Assembly (NCBI GenBank): GCA_963822585.1
Contig: CAWGIE010000031.1
Span: forward strand, 192,001 to 256,000
Length of the DNA: 64,000 bases
Source of the DNA: an uncultured bacterium
GTDB lineage: Bacteria > Auribacterota > Erginobacteria > Erginobacterales > Erginobacteraceae
Direction of reading: 5' to 3'
A program made the translations under genes and the position numbers. The notes under the pieces were generated by a model. That model had not been told where the DNA came from. It searched no databases and saw only the letters and a list, made by a program, of their open reading frames with translations. Numbering within the stretch: position 1 is the stretch's first letter; every line of letters starts with the position of its first letter. Shown piece by piece: positions 1 through 14,500 of this stretch.

Positions 1-3000
1 GAATGCACCACCAACCATCCTTCGACTCGCAACATGGGCAGGGACGTTCATACCCCTTCCAGGGATGAACGAAATACCCAATATACGTTCAAGGCCCGCG
101 CCCGGGACAAGATGCCCATTCCCAACCTCTCCGACTGGTCGAGCGAGACCAGCCGGTACACGCTCCTCAATGCCTCCCGCGGACGGCGAGCTCTTCCTGG
201 AAGCAATTAACTGGAACCAGATGAGCATGGCGGTGGCGCCTCCCCTGAACTCGAGCGACGGGAGCACCGCCGCCATGTTTTCCTGCGTCATCAACCCCGG
301 CGGTGGCGGCGACAGCGGCTGGGTTGCCTACACGTGGAGGGACGACGATCTTTACGCCAACCGGCAGTACGGCTACCAGGTGAAATACCGGAACGTCGAC
401 GGCATCGAGTCCGATTTCAACGCGACCACGGCTAAATACACGCTCGCCCAGACCGCTTCCAGTTCCGACAATGCGACCAGCGTTTACATCACCTGCGATC
501 AAGCCTTCAGTACCTGGACCAATAATCATTCATTTGTCTTTACGAATAACGACGGCTTCGGAACACCGAACCCGGTGCAGTTTTTTAAGTACGAGTGGAA
601 CACATCTACCTCAACCAACCCGTCATGGAGTTCCGACACCTGGATCAGCGGCAGCCTGGACAAGACCGCCGTCGCTTCCAGCAACACCCGCTACCTGCAC
701 CTGAGGAGCTACAATTACGAGAACAATCCGACCAGCGAGGTCGCCCACATCGGGCCCTTCTGGTACGATGGAGATGCCCCCACCAACAACGGCCTTTACT
801 GGCCGGCGGACGAGGCCGTCGGCGTCAGCACCACCCCCGACCTGCAATGGAACGACGCGACCGATGCCCATAGCGGCGTGCAGTCTTACTTCCTGGAACT
901 CGACGATGATGACGATTTAGACGGCCAGGACTCCGGCTACCGGGACTCAAACTGGCAGGCCGACACCCATTACCAGTTCGCGTCCCTGCTCTCTCGTCGC
1001 CAGCACCACCACTACTGGCAGGTGAAGTCCGCGATAACGCCGGCGATGGAATCGCCTGGTCGGATGTCTCGAGGATGCACGACCCCCGCCGGAGTACGTC
1101 GTCGACCAGGTCTGCCCCTGGTCCCGATCCGAGGGGGCATTTCAGGTGCTGCTACCGTCCGGGCGGACCAATGGAGTCTCTCACGGGCTGGGAGTGAGCG
1201 TCCATCCAACGGCTATACCTTCACGACCAGGACATCCTCCGCGGCCAGCGGGGTTTCATGGTGGGGGGGGCGGAATGGGTGAACGACGTCCATTACCGAC
1301 GCCCTGTGGAACAATTAGTAGATGCCTACGAACAGCTATACAGGCAGCTCCTTCGTTCGCCTCCTCAACAACGCCCGAGCCGGGGAAAAGACGCCCTCGG
1401 CTGGGGGACAGGCAACAACCCTAATATCTACGAGGGGACCCCGCCGGAAGCTACACCGGCAGGGAAGGTCTGGTCGCGGATGGATCACGGCCCATTCCGG
1501 CGACAACTATGACGACTTCGATTTGCTTGAGCCCAGGATCCGGAGAATTCCGTCATCCTAACTGAAACCGAGGGAACGATTGTGCGGACGGCGACCTGCC
1601 CCGTTTTTGATGGCCTAACCACGGGCTGGGATGAACCATCCTGGTCCAGTTTCTACGACCGCGTTGATGAGATCCCTTATCATCGATAGCGATAACATCC
1701 AGAGTTCCGATGACGGCGTTGAAGATTTTCATCAGGTTCTTCTTCGGCGATCCCGTGCTGACGGCTAACCAATGGAGGAAAAAAGTACTCGTGGCCGTTC
1801 ACGCCCGGGGAAGAACCGAAGGGCAGACACAGGATTACCGGGAGTTCGGTTGGCTTACCGACTTCAACTAGGCGACGAGGGAAGATCGGGTCTGGACCTT
1901 ATCCACGGCTGTGAGCAGCACCGGGGACCTGATGGGAAAGGGGCGCCGGCGGTGTCTGTCTCTCTCGGCGGAACTGGTGAACATGGGGCTGACCCTCGCC
2001 CGAGTTCCAGAAAAGGTTCGGACGGGGACTGGAAGCGGATAACGCAACTCTACGCCGTTATTCACTCACTGAACCCACACCAGCCATCACCACGACCCAA
2101 CCCCCAACTGCGGGATTTTCGATGAAGGATGGACAACTTCCACCTGGGGGAGACGTTGCCACCAGCTGGACTTTCTCGGCTGCAACAACAACAACAACAC
2201 TTACATTCATGCCAGCAGGAGATGCATGGAGTATCTTCCCTAGGATTGAACTTCGACGTCCGGGGAGATGAGTGGAAACACCCAGTTCTCACGACCCGGC
2301 AACCTCTACGTTCTGGCTTAGAGCAATCCGTCAACGCGAACAGCTATTTTCCTCCTCCAGTAGTATTACACCACCACCTAGCACATCCCTCACCGAAATC
2401 TATGACTCCCCCAGATCGAAACAATCTCGGCCCCTTCAGTCTAGACATCAACCCAGCCCAGCTACAGACTCAGTGGAAGAAGAGCATCAGAAACGTGCGT
2501 TCAGCAGCGTCTGCCTCTGCCTGGGACCCGGTTCGCCGACACCAGTTCAAAGCCCCTCAAAAAGCGCTACCCGGTCCCGACCACCTCCCCCACCCCTCCG
2601 AGCGGGATGACGCCGCCGCCGAGCCCGGGATCACGACGCCGACGCCAGCGGGACCCCACTCCTCTGACCCGACAGCCAGTTCCTCCTCCCTCGCCGACGC
2701 CAACTGCATCGATGACCTCTCCGGCGGTTTCGTCGCCGGGTCCGGCTCGCCCAAAATATCGCTACAGAACATCAACTCTGTCGACGCCTCCGGCACAGTC
2801 CTCGTCCGCTCACCTCGCCGAGGTGAGCTCCAGAAATATGGGGCCTTTTCAGCCCTCGCGGCCTGCGGATGAAAGACGTCGGCTCCTGGTCAGAGTGACC
2901 CCCGGTCAACAACCCCAACTTGCTCCGCCTTCATGTACCGCCTCAGCTCGTCAGGCAGCAGTAACAAGAACAAGGTCCAGGTTCAGCAGACGTCAACGGG

Positions 3001-6000
3001 ACCTGGACAACACTAGCACCGAAGTCACCGTCAGCGGGTTTGGCAGCCTCTAACCGAATGCTCCTACATCCCCATCGACCTCTGCGACCAGGTGTCATTG
3101 CAGTTCCGCTTCTACGTCTCGCCAAGCCGTACACCCCGATCATCGATTACATCGACATCTCTTCCGATCTGACACCACCCCGACCCACGAGCGCGTCCCC
3201 AAGCCCGATGCACACCAGGAGGCACGACGCCCATCCCCACCGCGACCCCGTTGGAAAGCCCAGTCGCCGAGCACCGTCGGTAACCCCGTCACCGATCACG
3301 CCGACGCCGACGGTGACTCCTGCCCGCACGCCGATCACCCCGTCCCCGACTCTTCCCCCCATCCGGAGCTGGTCATGGGCCCAGGCCTCTGGGGCCACGA
3401 GTACGAGCTCTGTCATGCTCTACAACCCCACCGCCAGCGATGTCAGCCTGGGGAGCCTGGGCATATCCCTGAACAGCCAGAACAGCTACAAAGGGCAAGA
3501 GCTACCTCTTCTCTCCCTGCGACGTCATCCCGGCTGGGGGATACTACCTGGTCTCCACTACGAACTACCCGGTGGCGGTGGTCTTTCAACCAGGCGACCG
3601 CCGATTCCGTCGTCTCGATTGGATCATTCCCAACAGCGGAGCGGGCAAGTCCTCGGTCACCGCCTCGACCACGAGGACGGCAAGGGAGACACCCTAGGCT
3701 CGGGATCAAAAGCCCTCTTCTATGAGGAAACGCCCGCTTACGGCGGGTTGACCAAGCCATTGGCCTGGTTCATGAGAAACCCACGTCGATACCGATAACA
3801 ACCTGGCCAACTTCAGCCAGCAGACGCGCGTCCCGTCCGTTCCCCGGGACGTCGGCGTCTGGTACTCCCAGACCCTGTCGCCCGTCGAAGATCTCCAGCC
3901 GCCATCCTCCTACGCCCAGGACTGGGTCATGAACGGCGGCGACAGACATTCTTCCAGACCGTCCGACAGGGATACGACCCGATGGATCTCGGTCATTCAC
4001 TCTTCAGACACCGGCCAGATCGAGTAGCAAGGGTTACACTAAGGGGCGGAGCTCCTGGTACCGGCTGGCCGCCTTCACGGACAGCCCAGTCTCGACGACC
4101 TTGATTACATCCACTGCTGGGGGAGGATCTCACCCAAGCTGGTGGCCTGGGGCGTACAGTCCGGGGACATCGGCCTCCCACGTATGGCTCAAATCACGGC
4201 GCCACCGCTTGGGCAAGGACGTTGCAGAACCCAAGAGCATGGGGATCGTGGACGATATTCCAGTCTGGACATTCGACCCCGACAATGGCTATCCCTGGAA
4301 CATCAGGCTGGAGGACGACCCCGGTGCGGCAGGACCTCCAGATCAGATCGAGAACAGCAGCAAGGATGTCAACAAAGCTCTGACTCAGTTCTCCGCTTCT
4401 TCGTCTGGTACACCGGCAAACCACCGCCGCCGACGCCCCCTCCCATCACCTCCCCCTTCCGCCGCCCACGCCCCGTTCGGTTACAAGACCCAGGCGCCGA
4501 GCCCAACGACGCCTCCAGCCCCCCACAGTACGTACCCGCCCGGAGCCCCACCGTGCAAACAGTCATTTGAACTGGAGGTGGGCGGTAATTACGTGGCCGC
4601 TCTCGACAAAGTCGGGACCGCGGCCAAAATCGACTGGTCGAAGACTCGGCCATTGACGGTGTCAGGTCCTGCGTGTTCGTCGATCCCACCGCCACTTATT
4701 TCCGGCCGGGGCATGGGACCTATTTCGTCAGCGTTGACGGCGGCTCTTGCTATAACATCTCAGCTGGTCTACCGCTGCAGGCTGATGAGAGGCGCCGGGG
4801 CCGTGGACGACACCCACTTTCGGTTCCGGGTTGAATGGTGGGACGGCGAATACGGTTCGTCATCTTATGCAGGGCAACACCGGCTGGCCCCCTTTCATCA
4901 CGGATACCTGGGAAGAGACGCGTTATCCAAATATCATCTCCCCCAAAACGCGGCGGTCGCCACATTTTTGATCGAGTGTAATGAGAGCTACGGTAACAAC
5001 GCCTACGTCAACGATTTCAACTTTTATGAACAGGTAGAGCCGGCATTGTTATCGACGAAGTGGCTTCAATATCACCAGCGGCGACTGGGTTGAACTCTAC
5101 GTCAAATCCGCTCCCCGGGGGGATAAACATCCAGAACTGGACCCACGACGATCAGGACGGCAGTACCCCGTCTTCGCCGCCGAAACGGCATCCTGAGTTC
5201 GACGACTATGTCGTCGTCCACTTCACGGACGGCGTTGACGATACCGACGCGACGGGCAAGAGCAACGGCTATTACTGGAACATTTACGTCGGCAGCGCGA
5301 GGGAAACCCAACGCCACCGATGAAGGCCTCGCCCTAAACCGGCCCACGTCTCGGATGTCGACGCCGTCTTCGGTTGATGCCAACGGCACTCCCTCAACCG
5401 AGGTGGACGAGTTCGACGAGATCGCTCCCTGCCAGTGGGTACCAACTCCGCCGCCGATGCCTGTCGAAGCGGCGGCCTGGACCGACAGCACTACCATCGG
5501 CGCCAGCGATTCATCGGCCGGGACGGCAATTCCACCGACAGCAACACCAAGAGCGACTGGCACGAAAACGACAATCCCAACCCGGGCGAAGACAACGAAC
5601 CGCGCAAGTCCTGCATCCTCTGCTGTTAAGATGACACTTATGATACCCGCACCACCCAGATTCTAGCGGGGAATCGACCAACCAGACGGTGGTCACCTTC
5701 ACCTGGAACGATCCTCGTCCCCCAGCGAGGACACCTTTTATTACGAAATCGACTTCAGCGATCAGACCGGCTCCGTCGGCCCTGACGATGACAATACCGC
5801 CGACCCCTACCTTGATGGATTCGATTTCACCTCCCTCGGCGATGAAGGAACGTATTACTTCCACTGCGCCTCCCTCACCGGCTGGGGGAAGACAGGCCCC
5901 GAATATCTCTACCGTCTTCGCTATGACTCCTACCCGCCGTTCGCGGTCTCCGGTCTGACCAGCTCCTCGCACACCGCGGGGACCTGGAACGACACTACTG

Positions 6001-7549
6001 ACCAGATCACGCTCACCTGGACCGACGCCGCCGACGATACCGGTCATACCGCCAATGATGTTTCCGGCGTTGCCGGCTACTATTACCGTTTGAATCAGGA
6101 AGCGAGCTACCTGCCCGACACCGAGGATTCCTTCATGAGCTTCGGTGACCAGTCCTGTGTGATGGAGACCGGCGACGGGGCCTGGTACTTCCACATCCGG
6201 TGGATCGACAACGCCGGCAATATTGACGATGAAGCGCCACCGTCGGTCCGATCAAGGTCGACGCCCCCGCCACCGCCGGGAAGTTCCTGCGGGTCAATTA
6301 TCTCCAGTACGTCCCCGCGGGAAAAAGCACCAACCACGGCGACTGCATGCTCTATGAGCTGCCGGGGGGCAAGAACCTCCTGATCGATGGGGGCACCACC
6401 TGGTACTCCACCTGGCTGAACCCGCCCCTGCGGACGCTCCTGGACGAGAAGCTGGGCGGCGCCGGCGGAACGCTCGATTACATGATCCTGACCACCCCCG
6501 GCGACGACTCCGGCGGCGGCCTCGAAGAAGTGCTCGGCCGCTACGACGTGGACAATTACTACGAGACTTCCCGCTGGAATCAGACGACCGCCGCCTGGTA
6601 CCAGGACCTCTGGTCCGCCCTCGACGGCGAACCCAGCCTCAACATCTATTACTTCGTGACCGGGTTTAACGCCCACACCGCCGGCCTCCAGCTCAGCCCG
6701 GCCGCCGGCGCCGAGATCGGACCTGGCTGGGACGACGACGTCGACGCCACCCTGGTCACCGCCTGGGACCAGCAGAGCGACTCCAACGCCCGTTCCGCCG
6801 TCATCCGGATGGCGGTGGGGTCAAGCAGCTTCCTCTGCGGCGGCGATGCCACCGGCTCCCAATCCCAGTCTTCCAATGGCACCGACACCCCCAACAGCAC
6901 CTACTATCCCGAGTACTACGCCCGGACCTACCGCCCGGACGACATCAACGTGGACATCCTGGCCCTCAACCACCAGGGTTCCGATACGTACGGCAGCAAC
7001 GGGATCAATTTCATCAAACGGGCCTCCCCGCTCTACGGCATCATCCAGATCGGCTACGGAAGCTCGGGGCCCAACCCCGTGGGCGAGGTGATGGACCGCC
7101 TCACCGATGCTTCCGCCATCGTCTATCGAAACGACCTTGACGGCACCGTGATCGTGAAATCCGACAACCGCGGGAATTATGACATTACCCGCGCCCGGGT
7201 TTACGTGGATGAAGGCAGCACCCCCGGCGCGGTCGCCGGTTCCGACCTCGTCAATCCTCCTCCCGGACTCCCGACGGAACTTATTATCGACAGCACCGCC
7301 GCCGATTCCATCACCCTGAACTGGCAGGTTGCTTGGGGCGAGAATACCGACGACATTTCCTATGACATCTTCCGTTCCGACACCAGCGGCGGCTGGACGG
7401 GCGGCGGCACCGACGCCAACCCGCGTTCCGCCTACACCGGCATCTACAAGAAGATCGGTTCGACCGCGGCCGGAGCGCTCACCTTTACCGACAGCGGACT
7501 GGAAGGCGGACTTCGCCAGCACCCGCTTCTATTACCGGATTTCGGCTAA
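1..7549 (+). pseudogene. Frameshifted 5' part of the giant surface protein gene (module 1: Fn3-like, LTD, ComEC-type MBL-fold); starts before the window; breaks are probably sequencing errors
   Basis: ORF fragments 65-1282, 5060-5629, 6090-6383 and 6347-7549 are collinear homologues of the intact ORF ~9.1-9.5 kb downstream. 112-243 equals 9168-9298 apart from one extra G at 172. A +1 shift near 7508 joins 6347-7549 to the large ORF. Confidence 0.8.
112..243 (+). repeat. Near-identical direct repeat, copy 1 (copy 2 at 9168-9298) inside the giant gene
   Basis: 131 bp identical by direct reading except one inserted G at 172. Confidence 0.95.
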
Positions 7550-8550
7550 AAAGACTTATAACGAAAGCGGTGAATATGTCACCTACGAGCGTCGTTATTC
7601 CAACGAGTCGGCGGCAACCGCCGGCGAAGCGATTGACGTTACCGCCCCGGAAGGGATCGCCGATCTCTCGGCGAGCGGGGGCATGGCATTCGGGGATATC
7701 AATCTTTCTTTCACCGCCCCGCACGAAGACGGCGCCGGCGGCGGGAAGTGCATGTACTATGTTATCAAGTCCAAGGCTGATACCGACTTCTCCGCCTGGA
7801 CCGACCCCGCCGCTTCGGTTTACGTCCAGACCTGGGCTCCGCAGGCTCCGGGCGCTTCCGAGAGCCTGAATCTGGAAGATTTTACCCAGGGGACAACCTA
7901 TTATTTCGCGATCAAGGCCTACGATGAATACGGAAACGAAAGCCCGCTGTCCAACACGGCTTCTGTCGAGCCGCGCACGCTCAGCGCCGGGGACGTGGTG
8001 ATCAATGAGATCGCCTGGAAAGGTTCCAAGGATTACGGCCCGGGAGACCCTGCGACCGACGAGTATATCGAGCTTTTTAACACCACCGCCGGTCCCATCG
8101 ATCTCGCCGGCTGGGCCATGAATTTCGCCGGGGGAACTACCGTATCTTTCGAAGAGGGGACCGGAGATGCCTACGTCGGCAGCATCAGCGATTCGGTCAT
8201 CGGGGCCCACGGGTATTTCCTGATCGAGAACGACAGTGATTCCACCAATGTCGCCCCCAATATAACCGATGCCGGGATGGACATAGCGGACGGCGGCCAG
8301 AACCTCTATCTCTGGGCAAGCTCCGAATATGGCTCCCTGCTGATCGACTACGTGAGTTGCGGCAGCGGCTGGTACGCGGGGACCGATGCGCCCGACCGCA
8401 ATACCATGGAAAGGATCTGGCCCGGGAACGACAGCAACGAGACCACCAACTGGGCCGACTATAGCGTGGACGATACCTTCGGGGACTATTGGCATAATCA
8501 GATTACGACCCAATATATCTACGGAACGCCGGGGAATCCGAACAGCGTCC
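6340..8550 (+). repeat. MBL-Fn3-LTD block of module 1, repeated at ~15830-18050 (offset ~9490)
   Basis: 6668-6748 vs 16158-16238 and 7131-7185 vs 16621-16675 are nearly identical in DNA; the proteins are collinear. Confidence 0.9.
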
Positions 8551-11500
8551 TCAACGAGCCCCCGGAGGCGCGGATAACCGTTGACCCCGTTCCCACCTGG
8601 GTCCAGGGGACCTGGGCCGTCTCCTACCGCCTCCGGGACGCCGACGGGGACAGTTGCGACATCGATGCCGAGTTCTCCACCGACGGTTCGACCTGGGTGG
8701 ACGCCAGCCGGAGCGGGACCGAGGGAGATCCTCTCACCGGTCTTCCCACCAACACCGACGGCGTCTCCTGGACCGACTATACCTTCGTCTGGAATACCGA
8801 CGCTCCCGCCGACCTGAACAACGATGAAGACGCGACCGTCTACTTCCGGATCAGGCCCTACAACTTCGCCGGCGGCACCGTGAATTTCATGGGAGACACG
8901 GACGCGGCTCCGGGCACCGTGTTCGGCGTCGATAACAAGGGCCCGAGCACGCCCGTACCCTCCATCATCGACGTCGCCGCCGACGGAATGACCGTTTTTC
9001 TCTCCAGTGAGAGTACTGACGGCGGCATCGGACTGAACACCGATCCCTATTACTTCGAGTGTACCACCGACGGCGCCTTCGACCGGACCTGGGGAGATCA
9101 GACCCACGACGCCGCCGGGCTGTCGGAGAATACCCAGTACGCCTTCCGATCGCGGGCGCGGGACGCCATGCCCATTCCCAACCTCTCCGACTGGTCGAGC
9201 GAGACCAGCCGGTACACGCTCCTCAATCCTCCCGCGGACGGCGAGCTCTTCCTGGAAGCAATTAACTGGAACCAGATGAGCATGGCGGTGGCGCCTCCTC
9301 CCAACCCCGCCATCGGCAGCACCGCCTGGCAGTTCCTGACCGGAGACACCAATCCGGGGGGAGCGAACAGCAGCGGATGGCAGACCGATCCCAATTACGA
9401 TCGGATAGACGAAGATCTCCTTCCCAACCGCCAATATGGCTGGAAGGTACGATACCGGAATGCCGAAGGCGTAAATACCGAACCCAACCCCAATGAACAG
9501 CTTAAATACACCCTGGCCCAGCCTCCTTCCAACTTCAACAACTCCACCACTGTTTACGTCACCTGCGACCATTCCTTCAGCACCTGTACCGAAAACCCCA
9601 CCTTCATCTTCACCAATGAAGATGGTTTCGGCACCCCGAACCCGGTGGAATACTTCGAATGGACCTGGGATACGGATGCTTCCACCGACCCCACCGGCAG
9701 CTCGCAGTTCTGGACCACGGGATTCCTGACCCAGACCGCCACTCATGAGGACGTCGGCTGGTATCTCCATCTTAAGAGTTACAACCCCGACAGTGCCGGT
9801 CACCCCACTCTTTATCACATGGGCCCCTTCTGTTACATGCCCGTGCCCGGCGATGGGGACCTGGTCATCAACGAGATTGCCTGGATGGGCACGGCGGCAT
9901 CTTCCAATGATGAGTGGATTGAGCTTTACAATACGACAGACGCCCCTCTTTATTTAGGCGGATGCAAAATCTATGGAGGGCCGACCGGGGCAATCGAAGT
10001 GATTGAGATCGGCGGGACGGTGGCGGCCTCCGGCTATTATCTGGTCGAGCGGACCAATGACAATCCGGTCAGCGACTTCAACGCCGATACATACGGCACT
10101 TTCGGCGGGAGTGGACTTGCCAATGATGGAGAATGGCTGCTTCTGAAAAATGCCGACGGTGATACGGTGGATTCCGTCGATTGCAGCGGTGGCTGGTTCG
10201 CCGGATGCACCGGTTATTATTACCGGACCATGGAGAGATTCGATCCTGCCGTAAGCGGCAGCTCCAGTGCTAACTGGCACCCCCATAACTTCAGCACCGA
10301 CGGCGTCGGCAAGGATGCCGATAATAATGAGATCTACGGTACTCCGCGCGCCGCCAACAGCACCCCCTGGACCAACGCCGCCCCCACCACCCTGGCCGCG
10401 TATATCACCGGAGTCCCTGAAATGATGGAGTCCGGCCAGGAGTATGAGATCAGCTGCACTTTCTCTGACGATAACGGCTTCCAGGACTTCGGCGATTGCG
10501 AACTCCTGCTGGATAACGGAGACCACGATATCCGGATGCCCACTGATTCCCCCTATCTCACCGGTGAAGTACGCTCCGTTTACTGCAGCGAAGGCGGGAG
10601 CTACCTCATCAGCCCGGGGGCCGGCAACGCTCAGTATCAGGTCACCGTCACTTCGGGAACGGCGCTGGACACCGGCGGATCCAGCGAGGGCTCCGTCACC
10701 GTCAAGTGGACATTCACGCCCGACTGGGACTGGACCGAATCCACCGATATTCTGGTCACGGTCAATGCCTGTGACGCCGATATGGAATGCACCGGAAGCT
10801 TCACCGCCGACACCCACCCGGCCTTTTACTTCGATGCCACCAATCCCAACATCATCGGCATAACCTCCGACAGTACTCACGTGGTTGATGGAGTTGTTCG
10901 CTCTCCCGCCGCCGGCACCGCTTTCGTCACTTTCACCGTAACCGAAACAGGCTCGGAATTCGACGAGGGCGGCGGCCTGACCCTCCATTATCTCTCCAAC
11001 GGCGATATCGGCAGCGGCGCCATCGCCATGAACCAGAACGGCACTTCTTCCCCCTGGACATTCACCAGCGCCTCATCCATCCCGGTGCAGAATGCCACCC
11101 AGGACCAGATTATCACCTTCTGGGCCACCGGTTCCGACGATATGGGCAATATCCTCACTTCTTCCCTGAGCAATCCCAGTTATCTGTCCGACGATACCGC
11201 CTACTTTTTCGTCGATGTGGTCGGCTACGGCGACGTGGTGATCAACGAGATCGCCTGGATGGGGACCGATGGCGGCGGTTCTTCCGACGAGTGGGTCGAA
11301 CTCTACAACAATTCCAACGTGACCGTGAACCTGAACGGGTGGCAGTTCTACGACGGGAATACACTGACCTTCGGTTCCGGCGACACGATCGCCCCCAAGG
11401 GATACTTCCTGATCGAGAACGACCAGGCTACCACTTCCGTCACCGGCGACAAGCTCTGGGCGACCCTGAGCCTCCACGACGACGGCGAGCTTATCTACCT

Positions 11501-14500
11501 CAAAGACGCGAGCGGGACTCAGATCGACCGGGCCAACAACTCGGGGACCTGGTTCGCCGGACTCAATAACCCGGATTACACCATGGAACGGCGTTCGCCC
11601 GAGATCGACGGCGTCGAACCATCGAACTGGCAGACTTTCGCCTACCCCTGCGCCTGGGCCACGGCCACCGACGCCGGGAACAGTCTCATCCGGGGCACGC
11701 CCCGAGCCGAGAACAGCTGCTACGTCGGGATCGACGATACCGGACCCTATTTCGAGGGCTACTACTTTTACACCAAAACCAAGGGCTACCGGGAAGAAAC
11801 AAATCCGACCTCCCCGACCCAGTGGGGCGATCATCTCACCCCTCACATCAAGATCTCGACGGGAGATACCGGCGTCGGACTGGCCCCGATCGGTGCTCCG
11901 GTCTGGAACGATTTTCAAACCCGCGGCTACTGGCAGATGGACAACAACGGAGGCGACTCCAGCGGACGCGGGAATACCGGCTCGATCTCGGGAAGCGGAA
12001 GCTATGTCCCCACTGGTCGTTTCTTTTATGCTCTTGACCTCAACGGCGGCTACTTCAACGTCCCTGAAGTGAGCGCCATGGACGGCTTCAACCAGTTCTC
12101 GATCGAGGCCTGGATTTATCCCGATTGGGACCAGGCAAGCGGCATCCAGACCATCATCGGGAAAAACAGCTCCTATTACTTCCTGATCGACTGGAACGAG
12201 CAGACCGTGGGGATGAAGGTCGCCCTCAACACCATCACCTCCGGCTGGACGAAGGCCGCCTGGTGCGACGCCGGCTTCCTCAACCCCGCCGCCTGGAACC
12301 ATGTCGCCTTCACCTGGCAGAGCGGCGCCCGGGGCAACATCTTCATCGATACCGTTGAAGTCACCACCACCGGCACCTCGGCCAACGCGTACGGTTCTCT
12401 GGTCGACAATTCGAACGCCGTCCAGGTCGGCGCCTACAACGGCTCCAATACCTTTAAAGGAAAAATGGATTCCGTCCGGATATCCGAGAAAGTCCGCACT
12501 ACGAGTGAGTTCACCACCCAGAACAACGCCTCCCCCTTCCGCTATCGGAGAGATGCCAATGACGGCGGCTGGAGCGCCTACTCCGACTACGCCGCGTACC
12601 AGCAATGGGGAGGCATCCGGGGGACCTCCCAGGATTTCAGCGGAGCCTGGAACGCGGCGACATACGCCGGGAACAATTGGACCGTCGCCGGCGGCGTGAT
12701 GAACGAGGCGAGCAATTCCACCGCCTGGACGCTGCACGATAATCTGCTTCTTAACAATATGTACGTGACCGCGCGGGTGAAGACCGGCGCCGCCGATGAC
12801 GGCGCCGTCGGTATCATCTTCCGCAAATCCATCTACGTGGACAACTGCTACGTCTTCGGTATCCGGCCCGAGACCAGCCAGTGTATCCTCTTCCAGGGAA
12901 AACTTGATAGTTTCGACTGGGACAACGTCGACTGGAGCGCTTCGACCGGCATCTGGTTTTACGCCGGGAAGAAACTGGAAAAAGATACCTGGTATGACCT
13001 GGAGGTAGCTGCGGTCGAGAACAATATCCGCTGCTACATCGACAACGAGCCGGTTATTCTCGCCCTCGACGCCGGCGCCTGGTACAACGGCTATGCCGGT
13101 CTTTACAGCTGGGATAATGCTGCCGCTTCTTTCGACGATTTCATCTCCAACCCCATCGTCAACGGCCGGATCACCGGCTGGGAAGGCGACACCGACGCCC
13201 AGGGCGCCACACTCAGCTGGGCTCGATTTGATCAGCGTGACGCCGTCAATAACCAGGTCCAGATGCTCGCCTTCGACCTCAAGAACAACATGGCCTGGAG
13301 CGATATCTTCACCGTCCGCACCGATCCTGACAAGCCCGCGCCCTGGGAGAACCTCGCCAACCTGAACGTGGACGGAGAATGGGTCACGGAAACCGTCGAT
13401 TCCACCACCCCCAGCGTCCGCCTCCAGATCACCGACGATGAAACGGGCCTGAAGGCGAAACGGCGCTATAACGATCCCGACCGCGACACGATACTTTATT
13501 ACCCGTTTGACGAATCCTGGGTCACCCAGGGCTGCGGCGACTACAGCCGTTACCTCGTGTACGGTTACGGCCCCAACACCGATGCCACCGGCTTCAGCAA
13601 TCACACCGTCGCCGAGAACTGGAACTCGCCCAACAATACCTTCGGCTGGTGCATGTACTTCAACGGGACCGATGACTTCGTGTGGGCCGGCTCCCGATGG
13701 ACCCCCGGCGGCTACACCGGCCAATGGTACCCCCACCTCGACTTCAACGGCCAGACCGGAGTCACGGTGGAGTGCTGGTTCAACAGCGAAACGACGGGAG
13801 CCGGAGCCGCCTGGAAACGGATCGTATCCCAGAGCAAATATGACAGTGGGATGTACGGCTGCTTCGAATTAAGCCTCGACGACGATTCCCATCTCCGCGT
13901 TGGCTTGAACACTACTTCGGGCTGGATCTGGATCGAGAGCACCAGTCAGATCAGCGCCGACACCTGGCATAACGGGGCTTTTACGTATGACGGCGCGACC
14001 ATCAAACTCTTCCTCGACGGCGTCCTGGAAAGCCAGACGGCTGTTACCGGCACCATCGCCGTCAGTGCCAGCACCTGGGGCGAGACGACCGACCACTGGC
14101 CGATCGTGGTCGGCGCTTCCCTCTGGCCGGGGCAGACCGACAATTCCGCGCCCGGCGGCTACCAGGCCCCGTGGGAAGGTCGGATCGACGACCTGAGGAT
14201 TTCCCGTGTCGCCCGCTCGGAAGAAGAGATCAAGCTCCGCTACCCGACCCAGGATTACAACGCCATCTGGTCCTACAGCACCACCGCCGGGGCCTCCTGG
14301 AGTAATTGGACCTACGCGCAAACCTCCGGCTGGACCGATACCACCACCACCGCCCAGTGGGTGACGGTGAATGATATTCCCTTCAATAATTTTTCCCTCA
14401 CCGATAACCTGATCAAGTTCGCCACCATGGACATGGCCGGGAATGTTTCCGTTTCCGATCCCCAGACCGTAGTCATCGATACGGCCTCCGTGATCGACAT

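Noticed and set aside
2129..5093. Independent small genes and the CAA/poly-Q tract at ~2183-2200
   Set aside because: Lies in the error-rich region; the ORFs appear to be mixed-frame pieces of the giant gene
6347..7549. Stand-alone comEC competence gene
   Set aside because: No membrane competence domain, metal ligands lost, and it is a frameshifted part of the giant gene
112..9298. Diversity-generating retroelement TR/VR pair
   Set aside because: The copies differ by one indel rather than by A-specific substitutions, and there is no reverse transcriptase in the window
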